Assembly: GCA_010093815.1 (NCBI GenBank)
Contig: ML996570.1
Direction: 5' to 3' (one strand)
Origin: Pseudovirgaria hyperparasitica
Lineage: Eukaryota
DNA length: 64,000 nucleotides
The translations under genes were made by a program, and so were the position numbers. Below, piece by piece: positions 48,193 through 61,123 of this stretch; position 1 is the first letter of the stretch, and each line of letters starts with the position of its first letter. Below the pieces are notes generated by a model, which worked only from the letters and a program-made list of their open reading frames with translations, did not search any database and was not told where the DNA came from.

Positions 48193-49317
48193 GTGTCAGG
48201 GCAAAGGGGTGAATGGAGGCGGATGATTGGAGGTAGAATACACAAATGAAACAGTAGGATGTTTTGAGGACGTGTCTTGCGGAACACGTATGTACATATC
48301 GCTATAGTGCGTCCATTTCCATAGCGTTCGCAACGGGCCGGAATCCCAGCGTGTGCAGCCAGAATTTTGACAGGACACAAACATCAGAGCACGCAAATGT
48401 GCAAACTAAACTCCCAGCTTTTCTGCAACCCCTTTTTGCCCGTGGCTGTGCATAAGGCAGAAGCAGCCCGGTGGTGATACAGGTCATGTGACACCTGACA
48501 TGCCCCAACGGTGCAGCACTGCAAGCCTCACCCCTTCCACTGCTCAGGCAGATGTCAGACGTATCTGCATCACCAACAACAAAATCTAGTAACCGGCCAG
48601 GATTGTACAGGGCACAGACGGAGAGCCGCTCTGCGTCAAAGATCACAAGGGCGGATTACAATCTTCCAGAAGGTCTCACTGATGCAGCAGGGGGGCCTGA
48701 TGCCTGTTCAGGCAAACGACGGGGCGGAAACATATACTATCTAGGGCACGAAAAGGGCGAACGCAGGTGGACGCGATGGGGCTGATTGCAGAGTTGCGTA
48801 ACGAGAAATTCAGCGACAAAGGGGATCGCAGTGGAGGGAACTGAGGGTTAGTCGCACATGGGCGGAATTGGATTCACCCTTTGACACGCCCTAGATATCG
48901 AGACATTGAGTGACGTATGTAGAGTTTCTCAGTAATGAAGTAGCTTGAGTTGTATGCTTAGAAGAACATGTAGAAGACTGAACCTCGAAGGGAGATAAAA
49001 AACACAGAAGGCTTAAAGTTGCTAACGACTAAACAGAACAGGGAGACCGAGAAATGACAGAATGCTCTAGCACTATGAAAGTGTCTTTGCGTCAATGTCT
49101 AGATCTATGGTATTTGCGAGAATGCTGCAAGTGTATACATGAATATCGCGTTACATAGTGACATGATTTCGAAACCAAAATGCAGGAAAATGGCAGGGCG
49201 GAATAAAACGTGGCGTGGCAGTTCCCCAAGAAGGCCGAATCACTGGCAGGGCTTCGTTAGCGGCTGTAACTTAGAGTGATGAAGTGTTTGTGTGGGGTGT
49301 ACACACTCTCAAGCCCA

Positions 49318-49590
49318 TTATCTAGGTCCTACTGAGCCTTGACCTTGGTTGCGATGCCCCTGATGGTCCGGAGACTGAGCCTGTTGTGGCGAAGGTACCA
49401 CGACAACTTGTGACCAATGAGGACATTGATCACACCTTTGGTGACCACAATTGAAGGTCATGCAGGCCGGATGCCAGCCAACCCTTCCCCAAAATTGCAT
49501 GCAGAAATGGCATCTCCAGTAGTATTCCTCTACTATCTGTGGTGGCTGGACAACAATGGCTGAGCCAGGATTCTGTTGTTGCTGAGACAT
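49318..49590 (-). CDS. Small Cys-rich putative zinc-binding protein (90 aa)
   Basis: WRCHFC-x12-C-x4-CGHQRCDQC motif, Gln-rich flanks, pyrimidine-rich upstream leader. Confidence 0.7.
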   Translation of the reverse strand: MSQQQQNPGSAIVVQPPQIVEEYYWRCHFCMQFWGRVGWHPACMTFNCGHQRCDQCPHWSQVVVVPSPQQAQSPDHQGHRNQGQGSVGPR

Positions 49591-51225
49591 AGAGTCGGCG
49601 TTGTAGAGTCTTTACAGAACAGGAGTAGTCAATGACAGATTCCAACGGAGGCGATGAATTGTTGCGAAAGCAAGATGCAGAGATATTGTGGAGTGACAAT
49701 GCTACGCGTGTGGATATGTTACGCTGTGGAGAGATAAGGATAGACTATAAGGTGACTCCTCGAAAGGTTTGAAGTTTCTCAAAGATTGAGGTAAATATGT
49801 AGGTAGACACGAGTAAACTTGATCGAGTGAAGTGGTGTTTAGAAAGAATGAAGACGACGTGAACAGCAGCGACGATGCTAGATATAGACAGATTCTGAAG
49901 TGCGCTCATATTTAGATAGCTCAGATGTATAGTAACTTAGAAGGCATACACACCGCGGTGCTCGCAGCGACACCTTCGACACGTCACTGTACTGAGCAAT
50001 GGATAACAACACAGCCCGGGCAGATTCGGGCGACTTCTTCGACGCAATTCCGGGCTCGTTCAAGGCGTGCTCATCCCATCTTTTCGGTCCCTCCGTTCCA
50101 GTCAAATTGTCGTCAACGTAGAGTGGATCAGCCACCAACGTGCGTCCATGTAGGTCCACGAGAAGGGCAAGTTGTTCTGTGCACCATCTTCGGCTGTGCA
50201 GGGACTGCTGTCTTTCTGAAGACAATGGCACCGCATTTCAAGATCTAGGATCCTCCATGATGTCCGGGCGCGATACAAGCATTGGGCAACATCGCAGCCT
50301 CGGGCTCAGACCAGGAGTTCGCCGCCCCTAGGGCACTCTACTCGTCTCTTGGGAGCTTCTGGAATAAGGGCAGAGTAGCCGGTAGGAGTCATTGGGAACT
50401 GACGAGAATATAGCTGTGCCCCCGGTTTGGCTTGCCGCAGCTATGGCCATCCGGAGTAATTAATGTGAGGACTATTTGAGATGGTTAGTCAGAACATGAT
50501 GAGAGGTGGCTGGAAGTTCTTGAGCTAGTAGGCAGTGTTCCTTGGTTGTGGGTAATGACTTTGGGTCTCGGATTCGGGGTAGAACGCATGCAGGTTTGTG
50601 CAGTTTTCTCTGTTCAGGCAACGGGCTCGGAACCCAACGCAAGGTTACATTACACACTGGGCTTGTTGCCTTCATTGAGAATAGCATATGAGGTAAGACT
50701 TCGCATAAGAAGAGTGAAATAGGTCGTACTGCCTGAGCGAGCGATCTCCAGATGTTCGACTATTTGTTTGTTTTAGGATTTAGAAGTGAGAAACAAAGAT
50801 GTATATAGTGATGACCCTTTCCAAAAGGAATAGAAACTGTCCCTTGTACTAATATGCGACGATTTTATGGAGGCCAAAGTTCACATTCTATAGATAATCG
50901 AAGTTTGAAGGGGAAATGTATGATGCGACAACAAACTAGACTTGATCCAGATCTGACCGGCACAGTCAGCCGGAGATGACTTCCTAAGAATAAAGAAGAG
51001 ACCATAAATACAATGTGAACTGTGATTTGACAGAAAGGGAAAATGACTACAGAAATTGAACATGCAAAAAGTTGCTGGAAAAACTGGAATCTGCTAGGGG
51101 TATCTCATGCACGCATGGATGGAAGAAGCGGGTGACTCTATTCAATGATCAGCTACCAGCGCAGTATCACTTTGAGCAGCACCTACCAGTCGAGGTCTCA
51201 ATATCCGGAGCGCAGCAGCCCTTCA

Positions 51226-51633
51226 TCAGGTCTGATGATAGACAAAGGTACAGGCAGGGCAGCATGGTCGTGTACAAAGAATACAAGCCTTGTGCAAGAC
51301 ATAGTCGTGGGGACCATAGCCACAACCGCAACAGTACCAGTATGTGCGCGTCTCTCCGTCGGCAGCAAGAGCACCAGGGCCATACGCTGTCCCAAGCAGA
51401 TGGCATGGCTGGTCGTGGACAGGTACGTGCACACAAGGTGTTGGCCGGGAAATTTGTACCGAGTCATCTGCCCCAAGACTTCGGCTGCACACAATGCTTC
51501 GTGACCGTGGAAGGTCGATGGTAGTCTGTTGTTGCATGAGCTTACGGGAGCCTGACGGTATTGTGCAGTAGCAGGAACGAACTTCAGGGACGATCGATAT
51601 CGTCACTTGTCTGTCGGATGGCTGGTTGTCCAT
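51226..51633 (-). CDS. Small Cys-rich putative zinc-binding protein, paralogous motif to 49318-49590
   Basis: WYCCGC-x12-CILCTRPCCPAC; probable in-frame 57-nt intron 51582-51526 (GTTCGT..GCTCAT..CAG); TATA-like TATATA ~35 bp upstream. Confidence 0.68.
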   Translation of the reverse strand: MDNQPSDRQVTISIVPEVRSCYCTIPSGSRKLMQQQTTIDLPRSRSIVCSRSLGADDSVQISRPTPCVHVPVHDQPCHLLGTAYGPGALAADGETRTYWYCCGCGYGPHDYVLHKACILCTRPCCPACTFVYHQT

Positions 51634-54600
51634 GTTAAGAGAGTAAATGCAGATTCTAGGTAGAGGTATATAGTATATGCTCGTTGTATGAATTCCTTGG
51701 AACGAATTGCCGTCTCGCTCTGGGCAGAGAACTTAGACATCTTATATCTTCTTCTCATCAGTGTCCCACTACCAATGTGGCAGTGACTCTTGAGTAGCAT
51801 TCTTATCCTGGATGATTGTGAATATACTAGTCTAGTGCACACACGAGCGTGGCCAGCGTTGCCCTTGCCCTATTGCGAATGGAAAGGCGAGCGAACGACA
51901 GTGCGACGGTCTGTTTGAAGCCAAATGGTTATCCGGAAGGATCACTCCTCAGCCCTTTCTCCTGCTTTATGGGCCATGACACGAAACCTAAAAAGGAAAG
52001 AGTCTTGAACATAGCGCAACATATAGTAGGGCCATACACAGAGGCAGAGCCCAGACAGTTCGAAGATGTGTCTGAGGTTGACATAGGCGGATCGAAGTGC
52101 CAAGGTCCGAATTGCTTCAGCGGTGGAACTTTTCAAGGCTGGGGCTTCGCAATCTGGATTCGTTCGGCGGAGGTCCGCGGTGAGTGTTCCAATGCTTGCA
52201 ACGCTGTCCAAAGCACAGTAGAATTACCGGTCGCACTGTAGTGCGCGGTCGCCCTATGTGGGACTGGTCTCAATCCAAGGTTATATGGGAAAGCGTGGTG
52301 ACAAGTCATCTCGTGTTCCCAGACGGGCCCATTCTGTTATGACGTACCTGCAGCATAGCCCCCCCGTCCTTTCGGTCAGATACTAGTTTGATTACGCATA
52401 ACAGGCTTGGAAGAACGCTGACGAAGTTCATATTACTCCGCACAGAGGGCAATCTGATGTGAACAGCATCTGCGACAGCAGTTACTAGATGCAAAGGTCT
52501 ATAATCACGGAAGGGCATATACAGAATTGTAGCACTGCAATGAGAGCATTGCACAGTGCGGTTGTCAAAGTGTTCTCCTACACAGAATCGCGCTGCCCAT
52601 CTGATTTGCTGAGGTCTTAATTCTGATAGTAATGAAAAGATTTCATTGTCGTAGCGTCTGAGAAATGATTCCGAGGATGAAACTGTAATGTAAGCGAATG
52701 AATAGTGAGCACATCCAAAACCAGATACAGATGGACAATTTATGACCCTGTCACCGTTGATTAGAACGCCGGCTTCCCGCGCCTCCCACACGGGCGTGCC
52801 ATGATCCGGAGTTGTCATAAGATTGAACGGCGACAGAACCCAAAGGAGTAGCGCAGGACCAAATTGGAAGGACGTGCTCGTGAATTGATATCTAGGGATA
52901 GCAGTCAGCCTTGCACATTTTAGTCAATCGTCAGTAGCTACGCTCAGTAAAATTTAGGTTGCAACTCAAATGTAAGGTATGGAGACTAGACAGGCCGTGA
53001 GAATCTACATTGCCCTAAACAGTAATTACCAGATCCGGACCTTGTCGATGGCACTGAAGACCTCATGGGGCCACATTCGTTCTTTGGGCAAGGAAAGTAC
53101 ATAACGACCCAGTTGGTGAAGCTTCATTTTGCCTCGTTTGCAAGCCTCATCAGCACATTGGATGATGTAGCTTAAAACAAGAGTGGTAACGAATGTAGAA
53201 TTCGAACTTTTGGAGGTGTGCGCCTGGTTTAAGTAAGTCCTGCTGGAGGCTCAACTACGGCTGTACAGATTATGCCCGCAGATTCTACTTTGCATCAGCA
53301 GCATGGCTTCAAAGACCTCTTGAGAGGCAGGTTAAACGGCAGGCTTCACCACGGAGCTACTAGAGGCTAGTGATGAGCAACATCTCGCGTGAGCAGGAAG
53401 TTTCCGTCTGTGATAGGTCAGCCTAGCCCTCCTGTCAAGGATATAGAGAGGAATATTTGCCTTAAAGCTATGGCATAGGAAGTGACCAGTCCTGATCGAA
53501 CGAGTTATACTGGCTCGGTAAAGTTCATGCAGGCAAACGACAGCATGAGGTGAGATATGTAGAGTCTTGTGACGATCGATATTCCATATTTGCTTCACCG
53601 GCGATGCATGCAGCCATCTGAGGGCTACTGGGGCAACAAGAGGCCTGCAAGTAAGCTGTTGTGAAGAAGCACTGGCCAGTGAGGGAAGAGTGAGGTTGCG
53701 ACCAAGGAAACCCATCCATTCTGGTTGTGGTACGTTGGCAGGCAGCAGGCAACAAGTGACGCGGGTAACCATACCCGATTAAGTTGAGTGACGACGACCT
53801 GTGTTGCCTAATCCATGGATGCGACGCCGTCTTATGAATGCCGCGAAAGAAGACAGCTCGGAAATTTTCATGATGCTCAGTCTCATGATCTATTATTGTT
53901 GAAGACTGTAAAATCTCAGGCATATAGACAAAATCAGATACGAGAGGTGGTCCACGCAGTATCTTCAGTTCCGGTTGCAGTCGTCTCTAGCTATAACGAA
54001 CTAATTACTGCAATATTTACGGATGGAGGGATTAAGTATGTGACATTAATGAAAGAACAGGTTCAAATGGCATTCATCGATAGGCTTTCTGTGATTAGAG
54101 GCTTCGTGAAAGATTCAAACTGGAGTCGAGGCCTTGGAAATAGTGTATGTCACCGACCGACTGCAAACTTAGGTGGCGCGCTACTTCGATCAATCGTGCA
54201 GGGCTTCATGGTCCGTAAAACGTATTATAGTCAACACGCGACTCGAAGAGGCTGATACAGACACTGAGAAAGAACATTCGGAGCGTTCAGAGATGTACAT
54301 GCTCTGAGAAGAATAAGTCCTCGTATATGGTTATCACGTGTTTCACTATAATAGGACTAGTCTGAGCACAACCTTAAGCTGTCGTCAACGGTGATGAGCT
54401 ATCAATCAATTAGGCTGGCATCAGGTCAAAAAGGTATCAAAGTGGATTTGGACCTTGGAAGCCAACCAAAAACATGTCTTGGGGCGGCGGAACGTGTAGT
54501 GCACTTCGTCCAAAGACTAAATTTCTCCCAAACGGACGCAAAGTCCAAGGATAGATGTCAACTTAGCATGAACGGTCATGCCACCCGGGACCAGATGGAT

Positions 54601-57600
54601 CTAGCCAAGCAAAGTAACCTGCACAGTGTATGGCATTCCCTGCACGAGTAGCAGAATAAGATCTTTATCTGATTTATGCTTTACTTCTATAGCAAAGGAT
54701 GGCGGTCTAAGCGGTACAGCAGGTGAGCGTTTGTGGAAGGCTGCATACACGTTGTCGGAGGTACGCATGCGACGTTGAACGACGGCTTGACCTGTAAGCC
54801 CACGTTACGATGAGATAGGCAGTGCTATTCTCGTGGTGGCGTGGTGCAGCGCATAGCGCAGGGACAAAAGGGACAAGGGATACGCGTGTTTCGAGTTACT
54901 GTAGGAGTGGAAGTCGCTTAACGGTCGCTGAGCCTGGTACTACTTGAGTGACATTGAGTCGTTTCACGATCGGAGCAAATATTGTGATATAGCTGCAAGC
55001 GGTGATCTATTTAGGATCATGGACATGCAAACCCCGATTGTGGAGTTGAACGAACGCACGAGCATTCGACAACATGGGCCGTCCATAGGAGATCAGACCC
55101 GCGTTACGGAAGTCCTGTCCAAAAGGCTAGTATGTCGAGCTTGATTGATCATTGAGTGTATACCGCGACTACATTTAGAATGACTCGTATACAGACGTGT
55201 GAAACAGAGGCTTAAGCACCTCAGCATGAGCGGTATTGCGCATTGAGGTGCGACGAGCATTTTCTGAAAATGCCGATACAGATTGAGTAGAGCCTAGAGA
55301 GTTCGAGTAATATCGTTTAAGCTGGTAATAATGGCAGAGGAATATTTGACTGTAGCAGTTAAGGTATAAGATTTAGCGTGCTACACAAGCTGCCGTGAAA
55401 CCGCATGGCACTATGGAGGATGACGAGGAATGAATGAATGAATTGCGTCGTTCCAAAGCCTTTGCATACGTGCAGATAATTAGCCGATGAGACTGGTCAA
55501 GTGAGAGGGAAAGATTGGATAGACATAAGTGTAAGGTATGGGGAATCGAGAAGTTGTATAGATCCGCTCAAACCTCCAGAAGAGGAAGTTGCTCCTAGAC
55601 TCGGGTGTCAGATCCCAGTCGGGAGCGACAGCATCCTCGTGCCGAACCGAGACCCTGATGAAGGAAGTTATAGGTGGGATGGGATGTGGGATTGAAGGGT
55701 CGGGCTCCTATGATAATGCTGGGAGTGGAGGTGATGTGCCAAGGTGCGCAACAGTAGCAACGTATTTGGACGGGGACGGGCCCGTAGGAAAGGTGCACCT
55801 GGCTGGCTGCCCTGGCTCGTTTGGCGAGTCAGCAAGCCGAACGTGGCTGCGGATCAACACCATTTCGGATCGCCACGACTAACAAAAGCGTACCATAACC
55901 TTCAAGTGCCAAAGCGTACCAGAGCAGGTACCAGAACAAGTAATACTAGAGCAAGTACCAACTCGCTTTCGTACCTGTTTTCCGATCGCTGCCGAAGCTC
56001 GTACGAACACTTATGCAACATCGCTCGGGACGCATTAGGGGCTTGGGGCCACGAGAGGCTGCAATCGCGTCTTTTGTCGTCTAGGTAATACGGCTGGCTG
56101 TCGTGGTATGAGAAAAAGGACAAACAACAAAAGGAATGGATACGGATGGCTAGATGGGCCACGTCAGATGCACCTACCAATGCCCTGATGCCATTCGAGC
56201 ATGGCTTTAGTTCAGAGTATGGCGATGCAAGATCTTGTAAGATGACGCTGATCTAGTGTCTGTTGGCTTCACCCTTGTACATCCCCTCACTCTTTCCCCG
56301 CTGCAAACAATTTGGTTCGGTTTGGACGGCTGCAATGCAGGCATTTTCTGCAAGACTGGGTCGCTCGCTGATGTACCGAACGTGGGTCAAGACCTCTCGG
56401 ACCAACCCATGATTCATGAGCAAAACCACATGGCAGGGAATGTCCCATGGTTTTTATATCTTGCTAGGACCAGGGTAGCTGCCGGCAGGTATTGACGCCA
56501 GCGGCGAAGAACATGCCCGTGGCTCCGCAAACCACTGCTCGACAATGTCGGAAAATTCCCGTACCTTCGCAAGGCTGCATCATATCGCATTGGTATGTTG
56601 GTAAGACAATGATATATGCAAGAGAGGTGCATACGATGAATCACAATGTGAACCAATACCAATGGAGCTGCAGCAGCGTCAGATACAGCGTAATGTCTTC
56701 TTGGCGGCTTATGATATCGGCCTCGTAATCCTTGCCTGTTGCTACGCCACCGCCCACAAAGGCCAGGGGTAGGGCAGTTGTTTACCGAACAGAAGAGTAT
56801 CAGACTGTGGGACTGTAGAAAGGTGGAACTTTCATAGCAAGGATATCCTAGCATCACGCAGAAAGAAACACGGGTCCGTGTATGCTCGTGCCTTTTTTCC
56901 AAACTCTGAAAGCGCAGTTTGTTCCGACCATATCTTCTGCTCATGGTATGGAAACAAGTTCTGCACAGGCGGCCACCCATCGGAAGCTGTCATTAGGGCA
57001 GCTGGTATGTCGAGTTGTCTTTCGAGAAGTTTGTTGTACATATCCTCTCTATTTTGAAGACCAGGGCCGAGGCTGGCGTCGTGGCACCCTTGTGCAGCGC
57101 CAAAGATCTGCACTGGCATCCTGTTCTGTTGTCAGACTTTATCTTGTCGGCTCGCAATATGCCTCCCCATCAACCAGCATTCCTCCCTTGGTCATTCAAG
57201 ATCTACCCCTGCTCTTCCTGTGATTTTCCTTGGCAGAAAGCCGATAGCCGCGTTCATCCCACGCACCAGTCCTACCCCGGGGCCGTCCAACTGATTGGAG
57301 ACATTTATCGACCATGCACTGTTGTGTATAGAGGTGCAGACCCAAAAGCGGTTCAAATGACAGGGGCTGTGCATAAATCAGGTTGCTGTCAAACTGTCAG
57401 GCGTACCGAGCCAGCCCAACCGCAATTTCGACATGAAGCGGCGGACCGTGACCTCAAGCTTCTATCACGCTTCGAAGAACAACATGAAACTCACCATCAC
57501 ACGCTTAAATTCAAGGTCGCGTCCACACACTATTGACTCGCCAGGCTATTGCGTCTTCAGATATCATTCAAGTCTACAGCTAACCCATCTCTTGCCGTCA

Positions 57601-59031
57601 CCGGACTGGCCTGGAACGAGCCGCGGCCTACTCGAACATGGTGCAAGCCGTACAACAGTGCACAACACAATGCTGCAATAAATGTGTTTAGCAGCGTAGG
57701 ACCACCAATACCGTTCCCCAAATGACTTCACTACTCATCAATTCTTGGTGGCGGTCATCGCTCCGCAAATCGCCAGCTTTTGCTTGTGCCGATCGCTTGC
57801 CGCCGCACGTCCACATCCATTTCTAGGGCGTGCCATCTTTCTTCTTTGCCGCTCTAATGCTCATTCCATAGACCCTCCCACTATGCATCCGCCCCAAAAG
57901 GTTCGCAGGCCCATGCGCCGTCTTGGCCTGTTGTTTTCGTCCATATGGAAAATCGGTTCACGTCATTCGCGTTGGCAAGCTTCCTTTTGCGCAGTAATGA
58001 TCCTGCACGGCCTATCTCTCACATAAATCGTCCAATAAACGGTCCGGCTTCTGTTAACCTAATTCATAGTATGCTTTCGTTGCTTGTAGAAAGGGGTCTT
58101 GATGATTTAGCAGTGCGGCATAGCGAATCAACGGACCTGTCAACATGCTGTCCCTAGGCCGCCACATCTCATTCATCTCGCTGTCTGTATCTTGTACCAT
58201 GGTTCCCTTGTCCCGCTCATGGCTGTGATGATTTGACACGTGCATGCACGACCTGGACACTGCAGGGCTTAACGCTGCGTTCCATTTCTGACCTGGTTTA
58301 TATTTCAAAAGAAAAGGACCATGACGGTGTCACCCCTGATATTCCCAGCGCCACGGTGCCTTTCGGGTTCTCAGCCTGTGTAAGTGTTCACCTGCAAGGA
58401 GACTTGTAGGACCCATGCTGACGGGCGAGTGTAACCCATCTCGTACAAGCACAGCATGAAAGTGCATCTGGCAGCCGCGTGCCTGCAAGATCGAGCGAAC
58501 TTTTTCCAGACTTGCTGGGTGACATGAAGATGTCTCCTGCGCGGCGCAGCAAGATTACTTACACCCACAGGACATATTTATCATGGTTCTCGACACGCCT
58601 CGAGCGGATTCTGTAATGAAGAGGCTTTATGTTGCGTCGGGAATTCTAGGCCTGTTAGGTTAAGCACACCTATCGCGAGGCTGATTTAGTTCATAGTGGA
58701 AAAACATGTGGCTTCGGCTTCGGGTGTAATTACCCTCCAACTTTAGTACGCCATACATCATAGCCTGGCAATTCAATGAAGAATTGGATGCTCTCATGGT
58801 CTAATGATAGACAAACGGTAGAAGTTTTAGTAGACATAAACAGATATGGTGGAACAAGTATGGTGGTTGTATTGATGTAGGCGACATGCTTCCTCCCATC
58901 GAGGCTCAACAGACAAGCGTGCACAGAAAGAGCTCGTGCACTCTGCTGGAATGTGGACTGTGGACTATGGGCCAGCCTGTCGGAGAAAAGCTAAACTATA
59001 CCGTGAACGAACCTTATGTAGCACGCTTACC

Positions 59032-59347
59032 TGTCAACGCTCAGACAGCGCCATGACCACTATGCACATCTGATCGCCCTTTCGTCTGCGTTGCCAAGTC
59101 CATGGCTTAGTTGGTTGAAGGACGGGCCGTTGTGCTTTAGACTGGGGAGTGCTGTAAGCACTTCTCCCGCACCACCCAAAAAGAGCGATGCTCGTTCTGA
59201 CTATTATAGTCTGCCTGCCCTTCATAATCTGTCAATTACCTGCGGCTTTCTATGCTGCTGAACACTGTCACCATTCCGCCGAGCACCCTCCTTAACATTT
59301 CATACGTCAACAAGATACACCCCTTGACACTTGCACTGTCAGTGTCA
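59032..59347. promoter_or_regulatory. Cluster of six TGACA/TGTCA TALE-homeodomain sites upstream of the homeobox gene
   Basis: Sites start at 59032, 59230, 59266, 59325, 59337 and 59343. Confidence 0.5.
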
Positions 59348-59758
59348 GTGTCGGCACTCAAGATTCTTGTATCTTGTATTCATTCTCTGGGATTGACTAT
59401 CGTCTCCGTCTCCGCTTCCTATACCCCACACTACACTAGGGCAGCTCTTGGGGACCACGATCAAGACAAGGCTATCAAGTAAGTCACTCACAATGAGCGT
59501 TTTTTTCTTTTCTGTCTTTTAGCGATGGAGGCTCTACCATACTTTGTAAAGAAGATTTGGCTACATTAGGTAGCGTGTCCTGCTGCTTGAGTGATAACAC
59601 TTGAATCCTATGTGAATTCTTCGATTCGAATTCAACATCGACTGGACAGCAGAGTTCGAGACACTTCCCAAACACAGCTCGCCAACCGACTCTGAGCACA
59701 TATACTAATTTCAATTATCATCTTAGGACTGGTCTTGGGCAGATAACTGAGTTAATAT

Positions 59759-61123
59759 ATGGCTTCCATCGGTATCAAGCCTCGTTGTCAATCTTATTCT
59801 TTCCCTATGGCCCACGAGAGGGAGTCGCGAACGGCGCTCCCAGGGATTAGCACGGTAAAGACCTCTTCTCCTGTGTCACGGCACTCCCATCTTTATGCTC
59901 CTCCGTCTCCATCCTACACCGCCTCGGACGGCCAAGAGACTATGGCCTCTCCTCACGATCGAAATCGCTCACCGTCATCACCCTCGACCGACTTGAAGGA
60001 TCGAAAGTATAGCAACGATTCTGCCGTTGACTTTGACGATTACCATTACTCTACTCCCGAATCGACCCTACGACTGCCGAGCATTCAGAACGTACGACTT
60101 CCTCGATGGGGATGTTTAAGCTGAGTGACACACGCTGACTCTTTCAATGGTAGCTCCTTCGTGAGGTGGCTCCTGCTGCACCTCCAACGCCTGCTAGTAG
60201 CGCGCCTTCTGCTGTGCCATCACCAATCGATCCTCTCCGCAGTCAACACAGTCGATACGATGCAGAAGAGCCCATGTTCGACCGACGCCGGAGAATGGAC
60301 GACCGAAGCGCGGGATATGCCCGCCTAGAAAATCCTCACCAAGATCCTCGCCGATCAAGCGGCGTTTCTGACTACGACAAGAGACATACGACAGTGTACA
60401 ACTCCCCTCAAACTGTAGCGCCGCAGTCGCCGCCCGTTGGGCCACAGTCAATGGCTCCCACACAAGCACTAAGCTTCCCACCTGGTCAACTACCGATGCG
60501 ACCAACTCATCAGCCTATACCCACACTTCCGCCACTTCCCAACCAACACCCACTGCCACCGTTCGGTGCCAGGGTGGAAACGCATGGCCACACGCCAAGA
60601 TGGTATGCAGAAGCTCCAGTCATTTCCTCGCGCGAGTACGGATATTCGCGGGACCCCACAACTGGGCAGTATGACGCGCAATCACCGTGGGCGTCCGGTC
60701 CCGAGGCATCCGACAGATATCTCGCATATGGTCACCCACGTCCGTACGATGGACATTATGGGTCCGGTCAAATAACGTTTCAGCCTGTCGGACCACACGG
60801 AGATGGACAGATACCCAGGAAACGGAGAGGTAACCTACCAAAAGAAGCTACAGCAATCCTGAAGGCTTGGTACAATGAGCATATCGACTCGCCTTATCCT
60901 ACAGAGGACGACAAGTTGATGTTATGCAACCAGGCCCACCTCAGTATCAACCAGGTATGCACTTCCGTGAATGAGATTTATGTTATGCAAGACTGATTGA
61001 CTGACGAACGAGAAGGTTAGCAACTGGTTTATCAATGCCCGAAGGCGGGCTCCAGGGCGTGAGGGAAGAGGAAGTCAATCTTCTAAAGGCAGTCCTCCAG
61101 CAGTGGCAGGAAGGCCAGCCTAA
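59759..61123 (+). CDS. TALE-class (Homeobox_KN; Cup9/Tos8/TGIF-like) homeodomain transcription factor, 3 exons
   Basis: Introns 60092-60153 and 60955-61015; RKRRGNLPKEATAILKAWYNEHIDSPYPTEDDK...INQ|VSNWFINARRR. Confidence 0.94.

Noticed and set aside
52306..57536. ORFs of 130-190 aa in the gene-poor region (e.g. 52306-52818, 56414-56980, 57015-57536)
   Set aside because: No motifs or codon bias, and some start at non-ATG codons; cannot be supported as genes.
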